This document shows positions 1-7,764 of a stretch of DNA of 24,893 nt, piece by piece. Position 1 is the first letter of the stretch. The number at the start of each line of letters is the position of its first letter. The position numbers and the translations under genes are program-made. The stretch lies in the sequence record NC_043427.1; one strand, 5' to 3'. Under the pieces are notes generated by a model. That model worked only from the letters and a program-made list of their open reading frames with translations. It was not told the DNA's origin and did no database searches.

Positions 1-72
1 TTGGGGGGACTGGGGCTCCCATTCGTTGCCTTTATAAATCCTTGCAAGCCAATTAACAGGTTGGTGAGGGGC

Positions 73-174
73 TTGGGTGAAAAGGTGCTTAAGACTCCGT
101 GTAAGCAAAAGCCAGAGCTGTGTAAAAATGAGGAGAAAGTCAAGATATTGCCCGCTGGGGGTGAGGAAAAGTGA
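73..174 (+). CDS. Small hypothetical protein (33 aa, MGEKVLKTPCKQKPELCKNEEKVKILPAGGEEK)
   Basis: TTG start after GGTGAGGGG; its TGA stop overlaps the GTG of the next ORF (GTGA coupling). Below the ORF-track cutoff. Confidence 0.35.
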   Translation: MGEKVLKTPCKQKPELCKNEEKVKILPAGGEEK

Positions 175-407
175 GTGGAGGAGGGAAGCTCCCTGTAGAC
201 CCAAGCGAGATAAAGCAGATGCCTGAAGAGCAGCTACAGATGGGTATGAGCCTCCTAGAGCAGTTCCTGAAGGAGATAAAGGTTAAGGTGGAGCCGGACG
301 ACAAGGGAGTAAAGAGGATTGTCGTTGTTAGCTGGTATTATGAGATGCCAGACGAGGAAATGGCAAAGATTTTCGCTAAGAGTATAGCGGAGAGCCTCAG
401 GTCATAA
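171..407 (+). CDS. Hypothetical protein (78 aa)
   Basis: ORF with GGGGGTGAGG RBS and genome-typical composition. Confidence 0.75.
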   Translation: MSGGGKLPVDPSEIKQMPEEQLQMGMSLLEQFLKEIKVKVEPDDKGVKRIVVVSWYYEMPDEEMAKIFAKSIAESLRS

Positions 408-441
408 TCCTCCTTCCAACCCCTTTCTTTAAGGTGGTATT

Positions 442-1068
442 ATGGGTAGGATTACTGTTGAGGAAGAGAGTGAGGTAAAGAAGGCTGCAAAGCGGGAGTC
501 TAGCAAGGAAGCATTAGACGTTGGGAGGCCTCTAGGCCCATTAAAAAAAGCGTATCCTGAGGCGTTTGAGAAGCTTACAGCCCTGGAGCACGCTACAGGG
601 AAGAAGAAGATAGAGATAATGGCTGAAGCAATAGAGTTCTATGCGGAACACGCCTTATTGGGGGAGGCTTTCAAGCGGATTAGGAATCTAGACCCGGATG
701 ATATTGAGGCTATATGGATAGTGTTCAACTATTTCGAGATGAAGGCGTGGAAGAGGCAGATGTTCATGGCTAAGGAGCTGATACAGGGAACAATAGGAGA
801 GGTCCTCAGGTGGAGGGAGGAGATTTATTCCGAGGCTTGGGAGCAGGCTAGGCAGTATTACGAGGAGAGGATTAGGAGGATGCAGCAGAGGGGAGACGAT
901 GCTAGGAGGAGGAGGGTGGAGGAGATAACAGAGAAGATTCTAGCGAGGCTTGAGCCTTTAGTTGAAGCAATGGTGGAGCAGATGCTTGCTCCAACTATGA
1001 AGGCAGCAGGGGTTAAAAAGAGGCCTATGGAGAATGTTAAAGTTACGGTAGAGGGCCTTGAGGATTAG
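442..1068 (+). CDS. Ribbon-helix-helix-like DNA-binding protein with C-terminal coiled coil
   Basis: EAFEKLTALEHATGKKKIEIMAEAIEFY fits RHH helices A/B; E/R-rich heptad region follows; AGGTGG RBS. Confidence 0.6.
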   Translation: MGRITVEEESEVKKAAKRESSKEALDVGRPLGPLKKAYPEAFEKLTALEHATGKKKIEIMAEAIEFYAEHALLGEAFKRIRNLDPDDIEAIWIVFNYFEMKAWKRQMFMAKELIQGTIGEVLRWREEIYSEAWEQARQYYEERIRRMQQRGDDARRRRVEEITEKILARLEPLVEAMVEQMLAPTMKAAGVKKRPMENVKVTVEGLED

Positions 1069-1294
1069 AATTGTAACTGAGGATTATGTTGCAATCATTT
1101 CTGTTAGAAGGGCAGCTTACCTCTATCCTCTTCTCCACTGTTTTGACTACAGGGACCCTAGGAGGTGTGTGATTGAGACTCTGAAGAGAAGAGGATATAC
1201 TGTCAAACACGGTTATGTTGATGAGCTAGGGGAGGTAATCGAGACTGAGAGGCATAAGATAGTTATTCAATATAATGAAAGAAAGGGTGATTGA
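1058..1294 (+). CDS. Hypothetical protein (78 aa)
   Basis: ORF overlapping the previous stop, in the same operon. Confidence 0.65.
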   Translation: MRIRIVTEDYVAIISVRRAAYLYPLLHCFDYRDPRRCVIETLKRRGYTVKHGYVDELGEVIETERHKIVIQYNERKGD

Positions 1295-1309
1295 GGATTG
1301 GTGAGGGGT

Positions 1310-1837
1310 GTGGCTAGAGAAAGAGAAGCGGGGTTTGAAAGGGTAATAGGGCTTGTTCTCACGCTTCCCCTAGTGCTTGTGATGACATGGCTCATATTCA
1401 ATGCAGCGGTAGCATTCGCTCAGCGAAAGGAGGAGACAGTTCAGGCTGGGTTGAAGGCAATAGAGACGTATAATGAGAGCACTGCTGTTGAGATACCTGA
1501 GGGCCCGATTGATTATCCTGTTGCCGTATTCGAGCCGGTTAATGGTGCTAGTCATTTCTCATACATTGAGGGCATAAAGATTGAGGACCTGAACCCAGGA
1601 GGATTTGATAGGATTATGGTTGCTGTAGAGGCGGAGCTGGGAAGCGGGGCAAGGGCAACTATAGTTCCGCCTACAGAGATAGCTGGGCCTGACACGCTTA
1701 GGTGGGTCCTTGACAGCGTCCCAACGGGTGATACTATAAAGAAGGTCCTCGTGTATATCTGGGGAGAGACGTTTAGAGCAGACCAGACCGCAACTGCAAC
1801 GATAAGGGTAACTGGGCTCCAGGCGAGGGTAACTTAA
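1310..1837 (+). CDS. N-terminally membrane-anchored beta-rich protein, putative virion/surface protein
   Basis: Hydrophobic helix VIGLVLTLPLVLVMTWLIFNAAVAFA then a beta-strand-rich domain; GTG at 1310 follows GGTGAGGGG; N-E-S sequon. Confidence 0.65.
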   Translation: MAREREAGFERVIGLVLTLPLVLVMTWLIFNAAVAFAQRKEETVQAGLKAIETYNESTAVEIPEGPIDYPVAVFEPVNGASHFSYIEGIKIEDLNPGGFDRIMVAVEAELGSGARATIVPPTEIAGPDTLRWVLDSVPTGDTIKKVLVYIWGETFRADQTATATIRVTGLQARVT

Positions 1838-1843
1838 TAATAA

Positions 1844-2278
1844 ATGGAGCATGATGTAACGATTGGTGAGAGCGAAGTGCCGGTTTGGGAAAGCACGTTA
1901 AAGGGTCTTGCAATCCCCAAGGTCTTCAACGAGCAAAGGACTGGAAACATTAACTTCACGGGGAGCGGGACCCAGGATATCGAAACATTTGCTCCAGCGA
2001 ATGGGTTTGCCTATGTTGAGGGTGTTTATCTCAACTTGCAGAACCCAGGTACAGATGCTGTAACTGTTGATGTTGTTGCAGTCTATGATGATGCAACGGA
2101 AACAGTACTTGCATCCGTTAACCTCTCTGCTGGAGGAGCATTTGAAGACTGGCTAAGGTGGGCTTACGACGCTAAGACGAATGGGAAGACTGTAAAGCAA
2201 CTCAAGATAAGGGCAACTGCTGCTAGCAGCAATTCAGCTCTCAACTACACTGTCAGGGTTACTGGGACAGCACTCTAG
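1844..2278 (+). CDS. Beta-rich putative structural protein (144 aa)
   Basis: T/A/V/N/G-rich alternating beta pattern; sequons NFT, NLS, NYT. Confidence 0.6.
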   Translation: MEHDVTIGESEVPVWESTLKGLAIPKVFNEQRTGNINFTGSGTQDIETFAPANGFAYVEGVYLNLQNPGTDAVTVDVVAVYDDATETVLASVNLSAGGAFEDWLRWAYDAKTNGKTVKQLKIRATAASSNSALNYTVRVTGTAL

Positions 2279-2287
2279 GTGAGTTGA

Positions 2288-2590
2288 ATGCCATTCTGGC
2301 AATCAGAGATTATCAAGGTTATAGTCAAGTACAAGGAGCCAGCAACAATAGAAAATGAGAAGGTTGAACGAGGGATACTAGAGACTGGTAACATTAGCTG
2401 GAGCTCGGGGGCCATAAACGAGTTCTTACTACTTCTTAACCCAAAGGGAGTTATGGATGTAGATTCGAAGAAGCAGCCAACACCATTTATGAATTCCGGA
2501 GGCAGGCCAACTGGGAACCACTTTAACTTAAACGCAAAGGCATCATATGAACACATTCCTCTTATTACATTCTCTGTCGAGGCTGCATAA
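2288..2590 (+). CDS. Hypothetical protein (100 aa)
   Basis: ATG after GGTGAG RBS; C-terminal half looks less gene-like. Confidence 0.6.
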   Translation: MPFWQSEIIKVIVKYKEPATIENEKVERGILETGNISWSSGAINEFLLLLNPKGVMDVDSKKQPTPFMNSGGRPTGNHFNLNAKASYEHIPLITFSVEAA

Positions 2591-2634
2591 GATTATTAAT
2601 AAAAGGAGCCTCTCATAATCTGTGGTGCTTTGTC

Positions 2635-2766
2635 ATGAGCTTTAATGTCCCTACCGAGGCTGTCTCGAAAGCTAGCCTGGACGACCCCAATTGGGGGACA
2701 GGGGCCCATGAAATATTGATAAGCAAAGATTCACTTACTGAACTAGTTGAGAAAGGCACGGCTTAG
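2635..2766 (+). CDS. Possible small hypothetical protein (43 aa, MSFNVPTEAVSKASLDDPNWGTGAHEILISKDSLTELVEKGTA)
   Basis: Fills the gap between neighbours; the frame is open from 2551, so it could be a frameshifted tail of the upstream gene. Confidence 0.3.
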   Translation: MSFNVPTEAVSKASLDDPNWGTGAHEILISKDSLTELVEKGTA

Positions 2767-2774
2767 GGGGTGGT

Positions 2775-3686
2775 ATGATGCCTCTATACAAGATTGAGGT
2801 GGGGAAAAGTAGCATAAAGGGTATTGTTGATGTTAATGGCGGTGTTAGAAGGAATCTCCAGCTTAGGCAGTTCTGGTCTCTCTTAACATCAATATTGCTT
2901 GACACGTCAGTAGCTCTCAGGGATACTGGAGGTTCTCAATATTCTGTTAACTATGGGAGTTCAAACCCGGACCTGGATGCTAGGATTGTGTTGGGCCAGG
3001 GAACGGACCCTCCTTCGTTTGGGCAGTATAACCTTGTGCAGTACTCGAAGGAGCTGCCTACAAACAAGGTTGTATCTGATGTCTCAGGTACTCCTCCATA
3101 CACGAGGGTAACTCTTTCAACTACTGCTGACATAGATGCACAGGAGCTCGGGATTAGGCAGGATATAAGATACTATTACCTGCTTACTAGGACTGTTCAG
3201 CAAGTAGCAATAGGAGACGTTCTGAACTATCATTTAGAGTTTAAGCAGCCCTGGCTGAAGAACTTTGCTTTATTCTGGTTTGGTAAGCTGAATAAGAGCA
3301 ATGTTGATGGGGTATTGGATGTTACTGGAGCTAGTAGGACGTTGAGGACGGCTGGGGATACAACTGCTGGAACTATGAGGCTGCTAATAAGCGAGGATAT
3401 TATAACGTGGAGCCCTACACTATATTCAATACCAAATGCGGTAGAGCTGACTGATTATCATTGGACCTTCTGGAGCAATGACAACTATGTTGTGCTAGTG
3501 TATCTTGCTAGCATAATACCGGCAGTAACTATGACGGTGAACACTATCGGGATAGTTCAGAGACTGTATGACTCGGGTGGGAACCAGTTTGATGCTCTCC
3601 TAGCTGCTTTGGACATATCATCCAGCCCATTGACCTTAGAAGCAAACAAGCACAACTTCATAATGCTGAAATTCGTGTTCCACTAG
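2775..3686 (+). CDS. Putative virion appendage/tail-fibre-like protein with a two-fold internal repeat
   Basis: IVLGQGTDPPSFGQYNL...AQELGI...LLTRTV resembles tail-collar/baseplate domains; the second half repeats the pattern (VLDVTGAS...NTIGIVQ). Confidence 0.5.
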   Translation: MMPLYKIEVGKSSIKGIVDVNGGVRRNLQLRQFWSLLTSILLDTSVALRDTGGSQYSVNYGSSNPDLDARIVLGQGTDPPSFGQYNLVQYSKELPTNKVVSDVSGTPPYTRVTLSTTADIDAQELGIRQDIRYYYLLTRTVQQVAIGDVLNYHLEFKQPWLKNFALFWFGKLNKSNVDGVLDVTGASRTLRTAGDTTAGTMRLLISEDIITWSPTLYSIPNAVELTDYHWTFWSNDNYVVLVYLASIIPAVTMTVNTIGIVQRLYDSGGNQFDALLAALDISSSPLTLEANKHNFIMLKFVFH

Positions 3687-3693
3687 CTCGGCT

Positions 3694-3706
3694 AAACCCT
3701 TATCAT
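3694..3706 (+). promoter_or_regulatory. Putative archaeal promoter (BRE/TATA-like)
   Basis: AAACCCTTATCAT in an intergenic gap about 40 nt before ATG 3741; the same AAACC(C)TT(T)A pattern recurs at 15438, 20537 and 21673. Confidence 0.45.
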
Positions 3707-3740
3707 AACTTTTTTGCTCTTACCTATTCTAGGGGTGCAT

Positions 3741-4526
3741 ATGAAGAGCGTTACGGCAGACCTTCCTTACCCCTACAAGTATGCTCATTGGCTCTGTGTA
3801 TCTATGAGAGCTAAGAGTATGAGTTATGAGGACAGGCTGGAGGCAGCCAGACAATGTTTAGCTGAGGGTAAGACGATAGGAATAGTAAACCTGTTTGGGC
3901 TCAAGCAGCCGTTGGACAGTCAGGGTTACAGGTACAGGTTTGACGGGGTTGCTTCAGTTGTTAGGAGGGATTCTAGGGTAGAGGTTGTTACTGAGAGGAG
4001 AGAGCGGGTTCCAGAGACGGTTTGGGAGAGGCTTGGTATGAGTGAGGAGCAGTACAGGCTGGGCATGAACTACTATAAAACTACTGCAAAAGAGCTGGCT
4101 GGAATATTTGATGTAAGCCTTGAGGAAGAGATTGAGAAGCTGTATAATAAGGCTTATGGGAGGATGACTCCTGAAGAGTTTGGAATAGAGCTTGCAAGGA
4201 TGATTAAGGACAGGCTTTTACAGCTTGTAAGAGAAGCTAGGAGGATGCAGGATGTTTTGAGAATGCTTGAGGAGAGGTATGGCATTAGGCTAGGCATAGA
4301 GGAGCCAACCGAGTTCATAAGGATTGTGGAGGAGGCTAGCCCTAGCAGCGTTATATCAATCCTATTCAAGGAGAACATCTACCAGATTGTCAGGTGGTAT
4401 AACAGGTTGAAGCGTGTTACAGAGCATGTCGAAGTTATAGAGAAGGCTGAGGAGTCTCTGAGGACAGGGAAGCTGCTAGTATCAGAGGAGGAGCTGAAAA
4501 GCTGCTTGAGGGCCTCCCAGAGCTAA
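3741..4526 (+). CDS. Hypothetical protein with N-terminal His/Cys domain (paralog of 24377-24577) and helical C-terminus; 3' end possibly frameshifted
   Basis: ATG 3741 follows GGGGTG; DLPYPYKYAHWLCV...AARQCLAEGKTIGIV aligns with the 24377 ORF. Confidence 0.75.
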   Translation: MKSVTADLPYPYKYAHWLCVSMRAKSMSYEDRLEAARQCLAEGKTIGIVNLFGLKQPLDSQGYRYRFDGVASVVRRDSRVEVVTERRERVPETVWERLGMSEEQYRLGMNYYKTTAKELAGIFDVSLEEEIEKLYNKAYGRMTPEEFGIELARMIKDRLLQLVREARRMQDVLRMLEERYGIRLGIEEPTEFIRIVEEASPSSVISILFKENIYQIVRWYNRLKRVTEHVEVIEKAEESLRTGKLLVSEEELKSCLRASQS

Positions 4527-4605
4527 GGGCAAGGTATGAGAGGCTATTACAGCAGTTTAAGGGAGGGCATACAGGTTTGAGATTCCAGGCTATGCTGTCG
4601 AGGAC

Positions 4606-5829
4606 TTGAATCATGTCTTTAGTATTAGTGGTGGGGATGTGTTTATAGTTCCATCTAGCTATGAAGTAGCATTTGTAACTCTCAACCCTGAATATACTGT
4701 AGCACTTGCCCTCTACCTCGACGTGAAGGTCGAGGGAACACCATTCCCCGTGAAGATTAGTAATGAGATAGTGCTAGAGCCGGGAGAGGTGGAGGTTAGG
4801 GAGAAGGCTGGGGTAGTAGAGGTTGTAGTAGCAGGAAGGAAGTACAGTGGTGCTCTGGCAAATCCAGAAGAGATACTGATGCCAGCGAAATTTGAAACAG
4901 TAGACATGCTCACAATTAGAGTTGATGTTGATGTGTTGAGGCTCATGAGGGACGTTAATACTGTAGCTTTATCGCTTGATGAGGATGTAGGCCTTGCTGA
5001 AGGAGACAACTGGGCTGTCATCGAGTTTGACAAGGATGGCAAGTTTGAGGCCGAGGCAGTGTTTCACGGTCGCTGGATAAGGCAGGCAGTACCTCCGAGC
5101 GTGTTTAGGGCGAGGAAGGATACAGTAACTATGAGGATTGCAAGGGATAGGCCTGTTATAGTTGAGGGTTATACTAGAGCTGGGCAACGGTTTGTTGCTG
5201 CAATAGGGCAATCTGTCGAGTCCCCAGGAATCCCATCAAGGTTCATATATCTTGAGCCAGAGTACATGAGGCCTAGTGAGCTCCTAGGCGTGCTTGAACT
5301 TGCATTTGATGTGGTGCTAGACTATTATAGCATATATGGAGTATTTACGCATTATGATTTCTTCAGTATAGGGCTCTCTAAAGGGGCTTCAGGAAGGTAC
5401 AGGTTGAGGCATAGCTTGCATGTGCCCAGGCCTATTAAGAGGGCAGTTGATATTGCAGGGGGGCTTCAAGCAGCACCGAGAGACGGTGTTTTAGACGTTA
5501 ATGGAGCCTTGCTAGAAGAGGTTGAGGAGCTACCTCGGGACATAGCAGAGGCAAAGGCTAGAGTAGAGGAGTATCAAATAGTTGAGGTATTCAACGTTAG
5601 AACGAAAGTGGATAGAGCTGAAATCAGGGATGGGGAGTTAATACTGTACAAGGGGAGGAGCGAGGTTCTAAGGATAAGCGTGCCTATATCAGGGGACTTT
5701 AGATTCGATAGCGAGCTGATACGGTACTTCACTCCAGGGGGGATAACGTTGATGGAGAGGGATGGGGAAGTTGCGTTGAGGTTTGAGAAGAGCTATAACA
5801 CATGGCTATTCGTGGAGGGGGTGAGATAA
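4606..5829 (+). CDS. PCNA/sliding-clamp-like protein, apparently two clamp-like units in tandem
   Basis: VAFVTLNPEYTVALALYL, RKYSGALANPEEILMP, LAEGDNWAVIEF and EAVFHGRWIRQAV...DTVTMRIARDRPVIVEG follow the archaeal PCNA motif order; the frame is open from 4561. Confidence 0.6.
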   Translation: MNHVFSISGGDVFIVPSSYEVAFVTLNPEYTVALALYLDVKVEGTPFPVKISNEIVLEPGEVEVREKAGVVEVVVAGRKYSGALANPEEILMPAKFETVDMLTIRVDVDVLRLMRDVNTVALSLDEDVGLAEGDNWAVIEFDKDGKFEAEAVFHGRWIRQAVPPSVFRARKDTVTMRIARDRPVIVEGYTRAGQRFVAAIGQSVESPGIPSRFIYLEPEYMRPSELLGVLELAFDVVLDYYSIYGVFTHYDFFSIGLSKGASGRYRLRHSLHVPRPIKRAVDIAGGLQAAPRDGVLDVNGALLEEVEELPRDIAEAKARVEEYQIVEVFNVRTKVDRAEIRDGELILYKGRSEVLRISVPISGDFRFDSELIRYFTPGGITLMERDGEVALRFEKSYNTWLFVEGVR

Positions 5830-6293
5830 TGAACATAACTATGGAGGACATACAAAGGTTTATGGTTGGCTCGATAGGGATAGCTCTGATAGTTGCTATG
5901 GCAACGTTCATGAGAGAGGCTTTACTAGGTGATGAGCAGCCAAAGAAAACAGTTAGGGTTGTCCCTGGGGATGCTGCTTCTGCAATCCACGAGGTCCTAA
6001 GCACTAATGGCTATGTTTACATTGCAGTTGGGGAGGGGTGCAGCTACTGTCCAATAGCGTATTCAATGGTTGAGCTTGCTGGGATTCCAGTGAGAAAGAT
6101 AGTTGATATAAGGAACCTTAGAGACGAGGATGAAGTATGGAAGTTTGCAAGGACAGTTGGCATATCATCTGCTCCAGCACTTCTTCTTGTCGAGGATGGC
6201 AGGGTTGTAAGGGTTATAGAGTTCTCTGGGGATGTTGAAAAGGATAGGGAGGAGATTAAACGTGAGAAAGCTTATCTTGGGGCTGCATTCTAA
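5829..6293 (+). CDS. Membrane-anchored thioredoxin/glutaredoxin-fold protein
   Basis: N-terminal hydrophobic helix, CSYC(P) CxxC, cis-Pro loop GISSAPALLLVEDG. Confidence 0.85.
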   Translation: MNITMEDIQRFMVGSIGIALIVAMATFMREALLGDEQPKKTVRVVPGDAASAIHEVLSTNGYVYIAVGEGCSYCPIAYSMVELAGIPVRKIVDIRNLRDEDEVWKFARTVGISSAPALLLVEDGRVVRVIEFSGDVEKDREEIKREKAYLGAAF

Positions 6294-6636
6294 AGGTGGC
6301 AGGGTTTCGTTCAGCGATTTCATTGAGATTGTAAAGAAGGAGAGGGCTTTTGCCCTGATATCAGGCCCTAACTGTAGGGAGTGTAGTGTGTTGAAGCACT
6401 TGCTGAAGGAGAGTGGTGCTGAGAGGTTCATAAAATACGAGCTTGAGATACCGGTTGATGATGAGGCTATTGAAGCTGCTCAGAAGGCGGGCATAATGCA
6501 TATCCCGATAATAGTTGACTGCTTCAGGGAGTGTGATATGATTATTGATGTGGACCCTTATAGGCAGTTTGAAGAGCTTGTTAGGAGGCTTGTTGGCTAC
6601 GGTTTAGCAGAGGTTAGGGAAGAGAAGGAGTTATAA
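6262..6636 (+). CDS. Thioredoxin/glutaredoxin-fold protein
   Basis: ALISGPNCREC CxxC and GIMHIPIIV; GTG 6262 follows GGAGG. Confidence 0.75.
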   Translation: MRKLILGLHSKGGRVSFSDFIEIVKKERAFALISGPNCRECSVLKHLLKESGAERFIKYELEIPVDDEAIEAAQKAGIMHIPIIVDCFRECDMIIDVDPYRQFEELVRRLVGYGLAEVREEKEL

Positions 6637-6680
6637 TAAAAGCAACTGACTTTAGCTTGTGGTAGAGAGTGGGTGAGAAT

Positions 6681-6812
6681 ATGGCGAGCCCAGTAGACCT
6701 TGCGGCATTGTTTGGGCAGCTAGTGGGGATTCTGCCCTGGATAATGGTAATCGCATTACTGCCGGTCTTGATAAAGAGCATAGTAGAGGCGATAAGGGAG
6801 TTCAGGGCTTAG
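6681..6812 (+). CDS. Small hydrophobic MASP-family protein 1 (43 aa, MASPVDLAALFGQLVGILPWIMVIALLPVLIKSIVEAIREFRA)
   Basis: GGGTGAG RBS; paralogous to 6826 and 20849; not in the ORF track. Confidence 0.8.
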   Translation: MASPVDLAALFGQLVGILPWIMVIALLPVLIKSIVEAIREFRA

Positions 6813-6825
6813 GGGGTGAGGAGTG

Positions 6826-6948
6826 ATGGCTAGTCCGTTCGACCTAAGTCAGATATTCCAGATGATAGTGCCAATAATGATGATACTCTTCGTGGTAATG
6901 CTTGTAAGCGTGCTCTTCAGGAGCCTCAGAGGAGCCTTCACAGCATAA
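6826..6948 (+). CDS. Small hydrophobic MASP-family protein 2 (40 aa, MASPFDLSQIFQMIVPIMMILFVVMLVSVLFRSLRGAFTA)
   Basis: GGGGGTGAGGAG RBS; paralogous to 6681 and 20849; not in the ORF track. Confidence 0.8.
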   Translation: MASPFDLSQIFQMIVPIMMILFVVMLVSVLFRSLRGAFTA

Positions 6949-7017
6949 CACTAGCAGCACTAACGAGGCAGCCAAGCATATATCCAATCAAAGCATCTTT
7001 TTAACCCAGGGGCAGAG

Positions 7018-7236
7018 ATGACTGAAGACTGCAAAGTAGGGGTTAGATGTCCTGTCTGCAATACAGTATTCTTCATTGATAGGATGGCTCTTGCCCAAGG
7101 AGAGATAAAGTGCCCACATTGTGGGGCTTCTCTGGTATTAGTTCCTAAAGACCCAACGCTCTTAGCTCAAATGGCATTGTACAAGGAGCTCAGCTTAATA
7201 TTAAAGAAAGTTGAGAGAATGCTCGGTGGGGACTAG
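7018..7236 (+). CDS. Zinc-ribbon protein
   Basis: CPVC...CPHC pairs with zinc-ribbon spacing. Confidence 0.8.
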   Translation: MTEDCKVGVRCPVCNTVFFIDRMALAQGEIKCPHCGASLVLVPKDPTLLAQMALYKELSLILKKVERMLGGD

Positions 7237-7238
7237 CA

Positions 7239-7508
7239 ATGACGAGCCAGATAAAGGAGCTGGAGAGGAGGGTTTCGAAGCTGGAAGATAAAGTGAATGA
7301 TTTGGAGGTTGCTGTTGGGGACTTGAAGGTTGCTATTGGAAGGCTTGAGGCAAAGATAGACACCCTTGTTCAGCAAAATAAGGAGCTAGTATCAATTATA
7401 AAGTCGAGGAATACTGGCTCCCTCACGGTTTTATTAATAAAATATGTCGTGTTCCCTCTTATTGTCATTCTAGGGGGGTTGATTGGGCTCAAGCTCACAC
7501 TTCCTTAA
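7239..7508 (+). CDS. Coiled-coil protein with C-terminal membrane anchor
   Basis: Regular heptads (LERRVSKLEDKVNDLEVAVGDL) followed by a hydrophobic helix. Confidence 0.75.
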   Translation: MTSQIKELERRVSKLEDKVNDLEVAVGDLKVAIGRLEAKIDTLVQQNKELVSIIKSRNTGSLTVLLIKYVVFPLIVILGGLIGLKLTLP

Positions 7509-7764
7509 ACAAATCATAAAGAAATGGTGGAGCTATGTTGGGAGGAATCCCCTGAAGAACTTGAGGAAGAGGCTTATACTGTGGTATGTTACCCTTGTTT
7601 TTTTGATATTAGCCGATGAATACGTTAAGGAGGGCTATATCCTGAGGCCTCGGGACTTCCTTATTCCATTTACGCATGAAAACCTTCTTCTCGTTTTAAC
7701 CCTAGCTTTTATAATTGCTTACTGGAAGCTCCTGGGTGGGAGGGATGATAGGGATAATAGCTGA
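7483..7764 (+). CDS. Two-TM membrane protein; true start uncertain (possibly ATG 7535 via a frameshift, or TTG 7561)
   Basis: Two hydrophobic segments; no good in-frame RBS/start near the 5' end. Confidence 0.6.
   Translation: MGSSSHFLKQIIKKWWSYVGRNPLKNLRKRLILWYVTLVFLILADEYVKEGYILRPRDFLIPFTHENLLLVLTLAFIIAYWKLLGGRDDRDNS

Noticed and set aside
1310-1420. Class III (pilin) signal peptide in AREREAG/FERVIGLV
   Set aside because: Acidic residues precede the putative cleavage site and the +1 to +5 pattern is non-canonical; it is treated as a simple anchor
2540-2766. Frameshift joining 2288-2590 to the 2635-2766 ORF
   Set aside because: The downstream frame is open from 2551, but there is no homopolymer or motif support for a junction
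3855-3876. AEGKT as a possible Walker A motif
   Set aside because: It lacks the G/A at the first motif position and a preceding beta strand, has no Walker B, and the paralog has EGKL
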